From Trichoplax adhaerens (taxonomy: Eukaryota; Animalia; Placozoa), in contig NW_002060964.1 in the NCBI RefSeq assembly GCF_000150275.1, positions 735,643 to 799,642 of the forward strand: DNA of 64,000 nucleotides, read 5' to 3'. Under the pieces are notes generated by a model. It had not been told where the DNA came from and made no database searches. It saw only the letters and a program-made list of their open reading frames with translations. The position numbers were made by a program, and so were the translations under genes. Of the stretch, positions 38,926-52,206 are shown one piece after another (position 1 is the stretch's first letter; each line of letters begins with the position of its first letter).

Positions 38926-41900
38926 TTTTATTTTTTTCTTAAATTTAATCCGTTGGTCGGTATTCGAAAGGAAAGAAAACAACTACAGATATACATGTTA
39001 TCTTATTTCATTTATTTGAATTCTCCTCTAACTTATTATTTTAAAATTGATACTTTATAGAGTCAGCTGTTGATAGCAATTAATTTAAATGACGTGAATA
39101 AGTCGACTAGATATATCAACTAAATCGACTAGAAATTAAAAAATGAATAGATAATCTATAAATCTTAATGTAACTAAATACTATCTATCGCTGTTCTACT
39201 TTATAGAAATAAGATCATTCTAACTATTGATTCAATAGACGATGCATGATCCTATTTCTGTGTATTCTCATTGAAACCAGATTATAAATTCTCAAAATGA
39301 GAACTATTATTTAACAACAAAGTATTATTTGATGACATTCAACATGCCATGACATGATTATCAAAAGATGTAAACAATTATCTAATACCAAATTCTACTC
39401 CATTCTAGTATTATCCTGATTTGATCTTTATTGCTTATCAAGCATTAAGTCAATATTTTATTTATACAAGGAAGTAGTTCAATTTTGAATATCCTACATC
39501 TTGTATCGTCACATGTCCATCATATTCTCATCAAATGAAATAGATATTTCTCCTATGTTGAATTAATCGAATTTCGATCATGCTTAAAAATATCAGGCAG
39601 GATATCGTGAATTATTTAGTAAACATGACATCTAAAGCCGATAGCCTTTATCGATAGTAAAGTCTTTAAAAGCTACAAACGAATCAATTACTTCGGATCG
39701 AATTCGCCTAACATTATTGCTAGCCTTTGTTCTTTATATTTTTGACAATCTCATTTATTGCAATATGAGAATATCGTATGCAGGCCAGTATTTTCTGAAA
39801 CTAGCAGATCCATGACAGCGCTTGAAATCCAGTTCTAAAAGAAATGTTTAGCGGTAGCCGTAACGAATATACGCGAATTTACTGTTGATATGAATATTAC
39901 GAGTATAATAATATCGAAAATCTTATATTTGGCATCTAGCTTACAATGTAATTTATCATAATTTGATTGCTGTCAACTATTAATCAGTAGGCTAGCTTAA
40001 TAGCATTAATTGCATATCGTTTCATAATTCAAGGTTTCATAGCTACCTTTTCTCCATTATTGATCGGTATAGCAACCTTTTTGATCAAATAATAAGCAAA
40101 GTATTCAAGACCTTTGAGGAGAGGACAAATTAGTTCCCTAAATTTTTCAATCTAAAAATTTCTTTTATGAACTCAATTTACAATAAAAACAGTTAAAATC
40201 ATCCAGTTTAATTTTAATGTAGTTTCTAACGAAGAAATCGAAGCGATTTAATACCATAACTGTTGAATAATAAAATTACTGGGAATATATCGTATTTCAT
40301 CAAGCTTGGCTTCGAGATGAAGATCATTGAGTAATGGTATGGTTAAAGCTATACAACTCGAACTAAAAGTAGAAATGATTTGTCAAAACCATCATACGCA
40401 TATCTAAGCCTATATAGGTTGATTTAGAAACTTTGCCTAGCTTGGAATTAAAGTTGCAAATGCTTAATAGTCATAACGTTGTCGTTGTTTAATGACCATA
40501 ATTAAAAAGCAGGCACAGTATTATTCATATCTTTTTACAATAACATAAGGATATTCTTGCTTTCTAGATACTGTTGCGGCTAATACTGACGATAAGACAG
40601 TCAACCAGTAAGATCTTTAAATTCCAGTAATAATATAATATGAGACTGCTACAACTTAAAGCTTGATTGCATGATTGCATTGTTACATTAACAATTCATT
40701 TTGCTGCCTCAAAAGAACTTTGATTATCCAGCAGGTCAATTAACCGTAAGTAGTTAATTATTATCTAGAATAGAATAATTGCCGTTTCATTCACTGATTT
40801 GAACTGTAACTGGAAGAGCTTAATTAATAGAAGTACAATGTAGAATTAACCCTATAAACTAACAAAAGTATCAATGTGCAGTAGTCTAATTCATGAGTTG
40901 ACTAAACAATCCTCATAAAAATTATCTATAGAAAATGTTTCATTTTTAAAATCTATATTCGTTAATAGAGTATTTCTTGGCAGCGTTATGATTTACAATT
41001 ATGAATTAACGATGTATCATCATACGCGCTTTTTAGGACCAGTTAAAAGAAATTTGGTGCATTGTCAATTTCTTCACTGCTACCCTATCCAGGTTTATGG
41101 TCCTAAAATGACTTTCATATAATATGTTTGCCTAAATTTAATCCAGATGAAAAGTCGAGAATAACGATATAATTTGCGGATCCAAATATCTTAGTTTTAT
41201 AAATGGGAGAAAATTTTGTGATATGTATGAAATTTTTCTCTCCTAGGAAAATTTATTACAGTTCTTATAATATTTTGCATTTATTACTAGTATTTAGCAT
41301 AATGAAAAAATGAATTTTTCCATCAAAAATGGCAACAAGGAGAATATAAACGTGATTCTTATACAGATGCATTGGTACGAACGATACTAATAAATCTATT
41401 GATCATTGGGTACTGTTATAAATATTTTGGATCCATATTGAGATTATAATTGATCCAATCTGCAATCCATATTTCTTGTTTTGAGGATTTTAAGTAGCGG
41501 ATTTGAAATTTTAAAAGGTAAATAGAGTAGTGTAAAGGGCCATAACGATGCAGTATCATTTGGGAATTAATTGTAATTTAAGTTGAAAGATGATCAACAT
41601 CGAAATTATATTTATAGTCTTAGTAAAATAAGGAGACTTAGAATGTGCTAAATATTGATTAACTGTAGATTGCTTTGGTTAGGAGAATTATCACGGACTA
41701 TTGTTATAAGTAGGTTATCTGAATAAGAAATACATCTAAAAGTATGCATGCTATTTAACTTTGAAGTTTATGGTTAGTATTAGGTTGTTGCTTATATCGA
41801 TCAAGTGAATATCATACATGTTCTATCTGTGAACTAGAACTGAGATACCGGTTATGATTATGGTGAATATCTGCCAATTTTGCTAACCATTGACTTTTCT

Positions 41901-44900
41901 CTATATTGACGAAGCAGATACCGGTAGTAATCGGAAATTGCGAAGCTGGCTTATATTTCATCAAATATCGTCAGATTGGCAGTAAGCTAAAACTGTAGTC
42001 CACAATCTTCCTAGAAGATACTTGACTTTAATTAATAAAATTTCTACAATATTTTAGTTGTGATTTGCCAACATATCTATTATCCAAATATCAATTAAAA
42101 AGGGTAAAATTAGATAAAGTTGATAGCTGATATTCTACTGTCTTACGGTTCCTTTCAAATTTCAAGTAGTAGTTTTCCGGACTACTAAGACGGCTCAAAA
42201 TTTTTATTTCGGGAATAGTTGCCGAATTAAAATCCCCTTCCTGATACAACAACAGCACAATTATTACTTATATTCTCATCTTCTTTGATAGAAATTATTA
42301 TGATCCTTTGAATCAAGATGAAGTCTATAATGATTTGGCTACAATTTATTTCCTGTTTTATAGGCAATTATGAAGTAAATAATTATTTGTCATTAAAGTC
42401 AATCATATTTGTGCGTGATGCTTACAACTAGTACCGTAAAATTATCAGTTCATCACGCAACTATAATCGGTACACAAGGCTGGCAGATGGTGAACATACG
42501 ATTCCTGAAATCTATAGTAATTTCATAATATGGAACCATTGTTAATACATTTATAATTAATGATCCGTAAGTCCTATTTCAGTTTAATGGATTATCATCT
42601 AAGACCTTTTAGCTGTAGCGCCATTTATTAAGGATGTAAGATCCTGGAGAATCAACTTTAGTGTCAATTGTCTAGAATAGCATGCTTTTTTATTTTGATT
42701 GCGTATTGGTTATAACTGCTTCCTATTAAATGTTACTACTGAATGGAACATTATTGAATATAATTTCTAGATAGATGACTAAATATCTGTCTTATTTAGG
42801 CGAATACGGTAATAGACCTCGAACTCTGCCTTATACCTGCAGTATATTGTATGATGTAGGTTATAAACGAGAGTAGTTATAAACATTTTTACGAATTGAT
42901 CAATACTATTTATATTGTAAGGTCAACAGCTATGACCCTATAATGATAATAAACAATCTTTTACTGGTAAGTACGTTATTTATTTAACCTGGATTCCAGC
43001 TAGAAGGTCAATCTAACGATGACTAAAAAGTAGATGCAGCGATTTGAATAGAACTACTAATCGGAATATTAGCTAACGTCGGATAGTTTAAATGATTTGA
43101 ATGTAATATTGATCAATTTAATGATATTTAGGGAGATTTAAAAAATATTACCTCGCTTGGCTGTTTGCCATTGTAACAAATTTACATCTTTCATGAAACG
43201 CTGATTTTAATTTTGGTAGTCATTTAGCAGTATTAGAATAAATAATTTTGTCTCCATGGATTGCGGTCTTGTCCGATTTCATGACTAATATAAAATTCTG
43301 AAATTATTTTAGTCTTCAAATTTATAGTGTAGAATTGAAATATAGATTATATTGTTTTAGCCATAACGTATGGCTTTATTAATACGATAAGACGGAGAAA
43401 AGCTGTAACGAATTTCATATGGGATAAATTGACAAATGAAGATCTATTATAGAAAGCTATAACTATTATAAACAAGTGATAGAGGAGAAAAATTACCCTA
43501 TTTACTGTTCCGGTAGGATACCTTCCATGTTGTTCTATTTAGTTCATATTCAAGGTAGGCTTATTTATTAGATTTCTTTGAGCGAGATGATTTATTTATT
43601 ATTATTGCGTTTGCAAGTTTGACATATTCAATTTGTATCAACTGCCACGATGCAGACAGAATTAGTTCAAGTTGATTTCTCCTAAATATTTTAATTTTGA
43701 ACAAAATTAATTGATTACATATTTAAGAAATTGTAGCGTACATCAATTACTAATCTTCTTATTACATAAAATTTAAACAATATCTTAAGATCCTACGGCT
43801 TTTATTGTGCGTTTAAATTATCTAAGGTTTATAATAAACTCATTCTATAAACTGTGGATTGAAAGGCCTTGCTTCACTATACTTCTAGATGCCATAACTT
43901 TTACGACACAATTGAGCCAGTAGGATACTATATTATAAATCGTAATTGCAGTTATTCTACGATTCTATATATGACATATATAATTAAGTATCATTTGGGA
44001 AATTGTATTAAATGAAATAATTAATTGATTAATAGATTGATTAATAGGTAAATAGATAATATACTAATTTGTAGGATATTCCCCACTCCTTTAAGGTAAA
44101 GATTGATTACTGGTGTTGGCGTCAAGATTGATTCAATACTGTCTCATCTTTAACTATTAGTGATTTATAGCATAATAAAATCTATTTGTTTGCATTTAAT
44201 AAAAGACCATTAAGATATTGTATATAATCCTTCTTTATGTTCAAAATTTTCTTTGATTATTACTGTGCAATGGGTGATCAATTGATTTCAGAAAATTAAT
44301 TTCAGCTGCGTTGTAATGATTTCAATGCAATAAAACATACAAAACGGATGAATTACAATCTTTATTACTATGGATAAATATATACCTGATAGCATGATAA
44401 TGATGAAAACTGTTAATGAAGTTAATTATAAAGGATTCTAATTTATCGCTATAACGAGTCTGATATAGCAGGAGTTTGCTATCGAATTTTGTCTAATATT
44501 GGGCACCCTCTGGTTACTAAATCGACATATTAGCCTCTCATATTCATTTAATCGCATAGAGCAAAAATATTTAATGCTTAAATTAAGATGGAGCCATAAA
44601 TATCAGGATGAAAATCCCTTACTTTGCTATCGAGTCTTATACCGATGCCATTTCTTATAGTACTACTCTCTGTAAGCCATCCAAATTCTTATGTAGCTAT
44701 ACAGGTTTATAAGAATTACCTATCTAGATTTACTTATTAATTGTAAATTGTAGACTATGAGGAGACAGCGCGGGGACAGGTGCCTACTAGTTGGCTTTAT
44801 TTGCCATACTTATCATTCTACCCTACCTATCTAATGTATTTGTCGTCAATTTATTCAGATGTCTCTAATATAATTTATCCGAATTGAATTACATTTTTTT

Positions 44901-47298
44901 ATTCACGAAGCAAATTCATCTTATCAAAATTATGGACTAAAATATCCAATTTTTATTAGGATGTTATTGACGCTGATATTACGATTGATCAAGTTCAGTT
45001 ACCGTTTTAGTTCTAAGAATTTGATAATATTGAGCTCGGCTTGATAGCATGAAAGCAGAGCATTCTTGATTGAATAGATATGAATGCGTATACTAATGAG
45101 CCAACGAAATGAATTACATATCTAGCTGATAATTTATTGATCAACATGTATTAAAATATGAAAGGAGAGCAAAACTAAGTACGCCATTAAATGGTAGAGA
45201 CGTCCAAGATAGAAATTATATCCGTTTTGATACGCATCATTAATAATACTAATTGTCTAGTCATCATAGCAATGAAAATATTAGAAAAGTGAGCAGTCAA
45301 ATTCTGCTTTCCGCAAAACTAACCTTCGATTTTTAGCCCTAAGTTATGTCATTGACGACACGAAGGTTTAAATGATGATCATTTCCGATATTATGTTGAT
45401 CAGAGATGATAGGCAATAGACACGTTAGTCGTCTACAGCTACAATATCGAATTATCTTGTTTTGATCTTGACCAAAATTATCCTGATAAGAGAAGGGTAT
45501 TAATAGCACAGACGATACGCAAAGCATTCTTAATATCAAATTACACACAACAATTAATTGATGTATTCCGTGTCTGGGTTGGAGCCAATGTCATGAATTA
45601 TATATGGAATAGTACATGGATCATTTACTTATTTAATTAATAATATTTTTTCTTATAATGCCAGTCACTATGAGAGTGAAATTCAGGCAGACGTCTATTT
45701 GATTGTTATTTATGTTTATAATTTTAGCTTGATAGCTAGGTATGTCTTCATTCCAACTCATATCTTAACAAAAATTAGTTAAGCTATAACAGGATATATG
45801 ATGTTAACAGTTCGCTACCGAAATAAGTTATGTTATGAATTAACATCCTATTGTCCTACGTCTAGTTAAGATCATAAAACAGGACCGACTTCCTTCAATG
45901 AATATCGATTCAAAATAGGATGCATTCGAACATTTTCGAATCATAGGACCGTTCTTCAGGTCTAAGAACTTTAACATAATTCAAGATGGAAAAAATTCGT
46001 AATTATCTCCGTAAGAATTACTTTACATCATGCTATAGTTTAGTTTAGTTTAGAATTTGATGCCATCCTCAAATCTCTTCTAATTTTCATTTGTCTAGAT
46101 ATAGTATAATTTAACATGAAAAAGAATATGATTTCACAGAATATGATTCGCAGCCTAACTATAAAGGTTCGTGTATGAGGTTAATGTAGGTCAGTATCTT
46201 GAATTCATTTAAAATAAAAAAAAACTTTAATAATGGATTTTTATATTACTGCTATGATAGCCAAACGTATTTAGATGCCTCTCATTTTCGATTTTATTAC
46301 TAACCAACTTCTCTCATGTTTCCTACACAAAAAAGTTGCACTTACAATTAGAATTACTGAGCACAGTATGTCATTATGAAGATGATTGGTAATACTAAGC
46401 AAGTGATCGCGTAAATCTGGATTAAAAATGTAATTGGTGATACAACAACTTCGACATTGCGCAACGTGTAGGCTTAAATTGTACAGAAAATTCGTGTATG
46501 TTCTTCCTGTAGACTTGATCATCGATGCCATATTCGTCATTTCCATCACGTAACAATGGAAAGATTAAAAAAATAATAAACATGATCGATATAGACTTTG
46601 TTGCTATTGTCATTTGATTAAATAAATTATGTTTTGTAAATTTGATCCGATTGATATTATAAAATAATCAGTACCGGAATTATTGCAAAGGAATAACAAC
46701 CTACAATATTGCACTGGCTATATTATCATAATATCGATACAATTTAATTCTAGATATCTTTCGTGTCTGCATAAATTGTTTGAGAGAATCAATAAATTCC
46801 GTGTTATAAACATTAGTAATACTGTAGGTGATAATGGATAGTTTATCATCGCTGAGTCATAAGACTCTATTCACTTTTCATGACGCTACTCCTAACATAT
46901 GAACATACTAATATTGATATTGATAAGAATATTTTAAAGCTATTCTTTTTTGCAAATCAAGAATACCAACATGAAAATATAATAAGATCGATTCATCATT
47001 TACCAGGTATAAAAATTTGTGCTGAGGTATAAATATTAATGCCTTACTGTTGTTATTGAAATACGGGTACAATATAAGAACGATTAATAGGATAATATTT
47101 AAATCAATTTATAGCTAGTGCATAGATCTCTAGTTAGGGAATTCTCTTAGTAGTCCTTGCACTAGTGAAGATTTACGTTGTAGTTAAGCTAAAGTTATGA
47201 TAGATCAAATTTATAGCTTTAATTCAATTACGTTATCTTCAACTTTATCGATGAAGTAGCATCTAACATGCCAGTAAAATGTCTGGACATGACTTTGC

Positions 47299-47620
47299 TT
47301 ACTTTATTTTATATTTATCGCTGCCACTTAAGTTTTCCGTCTTTAAATTACGTTTCACGCTTCTGATATTACATTAGTTATCATATGTTATTCACATTAA
47401 AATATGAAGTAATAGTTTACATCATTTATCTTCGACTAGGTCGATAAAGCAGCATTTAAAAATGTCAACAGAATTTCTGTACATGGCCTTTAATTACCTT
47501 ATTTATATTTAAATCGTTGCAGCTTATTTTTTAGTTTTAAAATCACCTTTCATACTTGCGATATTATTTTAGTTTATCATATGTTACTCATTTTTAATCA
47601 TGAATAACGATTTACACTTT
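47299..47620. repeat. Old direct duplication (two ~125-bp similar blocks about 195 bp apart)
   Basis: TTACTTTATTTTATATTTATCGCTGC...GATATTACATTAGTTATCATATGTTATTCA versus TTACCTTATTTATATTTAAATCGTTGC...GATATTATTTTAGTTTATCATATGTTACTCA. Confidence 0.7.
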
Positions 47621-48866
47621 ACCATAGTAATTACCTCTTTATAAGATGTCATTATCTAATACTATATTTATATCGTAACATATAAATGTCTCCTTTCAGT
47701 CTATTCTAAGAATGGACTAAAATTGATAACTATATACTCGTATTGTCGTTCGTATGTACTCCAGTGATATCATCTTGACGAAATTGATTTTGCTGTATGG
47801 GTTAGTATATGCTAATTAAAGTCCTCATGCCTGGATATATTATTGTTAAAGTTATGAGATAAGAATCACATATTTTTACAGGTAGGAATGCATTTCTGGA
47901 TAAAAGCACCTCGCACCATAATCCATGACCTGCCAATGGATTGTTATAATTAATTAGTTTCGATAGTAATTTGTAAGTTATACTAACAATAATAGTTAGG
48001 TTTATTTTCAGCCTACAATCGAGCATCTCTTAGATCTACAATGACTCATGATACAAAATTTTTCACCTTGGCATATGAAATAGCTATAGTAGTAAAATAA
48101 ATAGGATGAGTATTGATATTTACTACCAACAATGCTTCAAAATATTTTTCACCATAGCGTTAAGATTGATAGATTAATCTATCATACACACTCACAGTAT
48201 ACGCGCTAGATGATGGTGTAATTTAATGAGGTGTTGTCCATGATTCTTTTCTGAGAATGATTTACAGAAGAAATCTTTTCCTGAAAGAAATTATAATATA
48301 GCTAGGTCTTTATCTTAGACAATTAAAATTGGCATCAATACCAGATAATAGATGAAAACGCAATAACATTAGGTATATCTGTATCATAACGGTTTAAGGT
48401 TGAAATATTTATCGATACAACAATTAAATCCGCGAAAAATATGAATCCAATCTAGATCCAATTTATCCGATAGAATTGCATCATTCGTTACTAAAAGTGA
48501 TAACAATACCATACATGCAGCTAACGAAATTGGAGAAAAATTTGTCGTTGGAAACGAGATTTATTAGTTATTTCTAATCAATATTTACCAAGTAAATAAA
48601 AAAAACTATAATTAGAAAGAAGTCTTAGCTATCAGCAATTGCAAATCAAATTTATTAGACCTAAAATGATGTCAATATTTATGAACTATTTTGTAACTGT
48701 GTCAAAGACTGTAATATACTATTTAAGGGATAATATACAGGAGTTCCTTGTAGGCTATGTACCCTTTCGCTCCTGATTGGATCTGATGAAAAAAATAATT
48801 ACCGTACTCTTTATGATGATTCAATAATGTAGCAGATTAACCACGCCCACGAGTGCACTAGCCATC

Positions 48867-48896
48867 ATTAATAATTAATTAATTAATTAATTAATT
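48867..48896. repeat. (TAAT)n microsatellite
   Basis: ATTAATAATTAATTAATTAATTAATTAATT. Confidence 0.85.
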
Positions 48897-49431
48897 CTCT
48901 ATTTCGAAGTTAGAATTCATCAGGCAACTATTATGCTACCGATGGCCTCGGCATTAAATAGTATCATCAGTAATCGGATAATCCTGGATTAGGATCTGTC
49001 GTCCTATTACCGACATGAACAACATTTAAAACCACTAAAAAGGGGGAATGTTTCGCTATCGCGACTTACGAAGGTTTGCGTTGGCACGTTAGTAAAAACA
49101 TCAAGTTGTATTGTTGGTATCATCGCAATAGTATCTTCTACGTCTTTGCTTGTCCATTTATTAAGACAAGTCTAGTAGATAGATAAGAATTTTTCAGGGT
49201 GTCGCGATAAAATTAATAGCGTTCAGAATATGAAATCAATTTGGCCCTTAGTACTATGGGTTATTTACATTTCGATAACTAACTAGTGTGGTACGCAGAT
49301 CCTGAATTTAAGAAAAATAAAATGCTGTTCAAAATATTATTTCATTGCTTGTTTTTATTTAAAAGAAAAATTGAATTCAACGTTCAAACGTTTTCTACGC
49401 ATACCAATACAATTTATATTAATACACTGTG

Positions 49432-49454
49432 ATATATATATATATATATATATA
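49432..49454. repeat. (TA)n microsatellite in the probable nesprin 3' UTR
   Basis: About 11 TA units. Confidence 0.9.
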
Positions 49455-50485
49455 CATATACATGTATGTATAATACAAGACTATGATAATAAAAATAGCC
49501 ATATTTGCTGTGAGTACAATTAATAATATACGGATATTTTGATAAGGATATTTATACATTATGATTGAACGCAGTAGTACGTACATATATAATGTGCAAT
49601 TAAGACTAAAAATGGCGCTTTCTGCGCTAGTGGTTACATCATCATAAATTGTAACTATGAGCAATTACATCCAATATATGTGTGACGTATGATTAAACTG
49701 AAGTTGGTCATTTGGTTTAGCAATCAAAAATTAAATTAAAATGGATAAGAATAGCGGTAACTCTATAAAAGAGTTTCTTAGGTTGTGATCAAGTAAAATA
49801 TACTGTTTGTGTAGATGATTTACAGCAAATCCTACTAATATTCAGGCGCATTGGTAGGAAAGTAAAGATAAGAATATTACTTGTTATACTACAGGATTTG
49901 CAATATCAGATATCGATAATAAATTATATAATCAAACTGATTTACCGCAAAAATAATGATGTAGAACTCGCTTAAGAATATGATATAATGATAATATTTA
50001 ATGTGGATTAACCTATACGAACACATAAAAATGAGTGCATACGTCATAAGCTCTACTGATAATTCATAAAGGCTTTAGGCATTCATTATTTAATTGGCTG
50101 CTTATCCTACTACTATTTACAAGATCTTCAGTTGGGTCAGATAGTCCTGTTACCACAACTGATTGAGGCAAAAAAAACAAAATACTGGCATGTCTACGTT
50201 TGATGCTGCACAATTCGGATCATGACAACGATAATATTTATATTAACCGAATATTTCCTGATGGCTGCAGTTTCAAATTGGTACGAAATGAAACACTTTT
50301 TTAATATTACGTAACTAGTAAACAATATTGTAGTTCACGTATTGTAATCAACTACAATGATAAGCTACACTTCTTGTCTATATACGAGTAGATCCAAACA
50401 ATTTGCTTACGGTAAAACTAACTCCAAGATTTTGTAGTCAGACATTGTTATACTGATATCAGTATTGATTAATTTCGGCTATTAA

Positions 50486-50690
50486 TTATTGCCGCCGATC
50501 TGATCTACTATTAGAAAACCATTCCATTCCTTTAGCTAAAATAGTCATCATCACTTCAGGTGTCATCCTTCCGCTTCTAAGATCATTTCCGATGTTGATG
50601 CTGTGCTCTGCAGGCTGGTTACTAGCTTGCAATGCTATACTTCTAGGTGAATTCGTATTTGTAACTTCTCCAACATGGCTACGCGGCAAG
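50486..50690 (-). CDS. Nesprin-like gene, terminal exon (ends MTPEVMMTILAKGMEWFSNSRSDRRQ*; no KASH domain)
   Basis: Acceptor TTTTATATGCTATAG|C is phase-2 compatible and the frame is open to TAA at 50486. Downstream lie UTR-like sequence, a (TA)n tract and AATAAA near 49353-49358. Confidence 0.7.
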
Positions 50691-50796
50691 CTATAGCATA
50701 TAAAAGGAATAACTGATTTAAAATACTAATCATCTAATATTACAATATTGGTCAAATAAAGGTTATGCATGTTATTGTATTATAGAATTAACGTAC

Positions 50797-51059
50797 TTAT
50801 CGCGATAATTAGATGATGCAGGATTCGTTACTGCTAGCTGATTAGCCAAATACTGATTCTTAAGTCTCGAATCGTCCTTTATTAAAGCTTTCTCAAGTGT
50901 TAAGATATGATTAGAACATGTCTTCTTTAGCATATTTAACTGCCGCCTAGCATCCATCATGTTATTGGTCGTTTCTGGATTAGATGCTATATTGTATTCA
51001 CTGCTTGATTCCAGAGCAGCGAGATTTTGAGAATAATCAGCACATTCTGATTTAATTGC
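50797..51059 (-). CDS. Nesprin-like gene, penultimate exon
   Basis: Acceptor ATCGCAG|GCA and donor AA|GTACGT, phase 0/2. Encodes AIKSECADYSQ...ILTLEKALIKDD.... Confidence 0.8.
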
Positions 51060-51242
51060 CTGCGATATATTAATAAAAATTATTATTAATAAGGGTATAC
51101 CAAGCAATATAACGCCAAAGAAAAACCGTCGTATGCTAATTTTTATTAGATTGCATTCATTAATGAGGTTTACTAATGTGCGTGTACAATATGATTAGTA
51201 ATAGATGACAATTGATTAGTTTACGGATAGGTTTTAACATAC

Positions 51243-51581
51243 CTTTAGCATTGACAACTGATTAAGTAAAGCATTTCTGTCCAACGATGTATCAATGACC
51301 TCAACTTTGAGTTTATATTCTAGTCTACCGATATCTCGCTTAATTTCATCAATTACTTCAGTAACTCTTTGACAACGATTTAAGATTTGTTGTAATTTAT
51401 GCTGATTCTCATTAGTAATTGACCATAATTTATCCCATCGATGTTTAGCTTCAGTTATTGTCTGTGTCATTGCTTCACTAAATTTTCCTTGTTTATTTAG
51501 AAAACCACTTAATGATGAGTGTACCGATGAATTTGCGTTGAAGATAACTGATCTTCGACTTTCTAAATTTCTTATTAATCG
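51243..51581 (-). CDS. Nesprin-like gene, internal exon (113 codons, spectrin repeat)
   Basis: Acceptor CCTCTGTAG|CGA and donor AAG|GTATGT, phase 0/0. Encodes RLIRNLESRR...EAKHRWDKLWS...QLSMLK. Confidence 0.85.
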
Positions 51582-51669
51582 CTACAGAGGATAAAATTGG
51601 TAAAATGTAAGATAAAAGATGTTATCGCTAGAAATACTAGCTATACTATATTATTGTAAAGTAGCTAAC

Positions 51670-51984
51670 CTGATTTTGTGCCAACTGTTCTTTTATGTTT
51701 GCAGATGGATAATCCACAGATAATCTATTGGGCATTGCATGTAACTCAATTTCATCAAGCCAACATAGAATATCTTTCATCTGTTGCGTAAATTTTTCTC
51801 GGTCTTCCTGTATTTTTCGTATTTTCTCATGGCAAGTTTGAAAAGTACTAGTTAATTCATCTATTCTATTAGCAGATGTAGTTAGATGTGAATCGATATC
51901 CTGATTTGATAAGCCGTTCCTTTCATTTCGTTGCAAAATTCGATTCAGCGATTGTCTACTTGATTGGCAGGTTTCCAGTAAACG
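51670..51984 (-). CDS. Nesprin-like gene, internal exon (105 codons, spectrin repeat)
   Basis: Acceptor TATATAG|CGT and donor CAG|GTTAGC, phase 0/0. Encodes RLLETCQ...FTQQMKDILCWLDEIE...EQLAQNQ. Confidence 0.85.
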
Positions 51985-52206
51985 CTATATAATAAAGTTT
52001 ATTAAATTGTTAACAGAGTGAAAATGTATATTAGCAGTTTTGATCGATTAGCTTCTAAGACTGAATATTCTCTATAAGTGTTAAGCTGATTTATACCGTA
52101 TAAACACCTTTTGCCAACTACCTCGTGTGTCACTATAGCGTATATGTAAAGATAATATATATATAGTACAGTTCATTACATATGCAATATTATAGCTTCA
52201 TCTTAC

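Noticed and set aside
31148-42460. Small hairpins (31148-31168, about 41206-41243, about 42413-42459) as miRNA or ncRNA genes
   Set aside because: Stems are only about 9-12 bp in AT-rich DNA, with no pre-miRNA-length duplex or family motif.
46422-46613. Minus-strand ORF with a short hydrophobic stretch (SIMFIIFLIFPLL) as the missing KASH exon
   Set aside because: The hydrophobic run is too short, there is no PPPx end, an in-frame TGA lies between the nearest acceptor and the ORF, and it is beyond the likely poly(A) site.
8398-48026. The remaining 60-95-aa ORFs in the track
   Set aside because: Compositions are dominated by AT-rich codons (I, L, F, Y, N, K), many start at GTG/TTG, and they show no homology or consistent exon chains.
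49419-49664. Hydrophobic ORF as a membrane anchor exon
   Set aside because: It arises from AT-rich 3'-UTR sequence and the (TA)n tract, with no KASH features.
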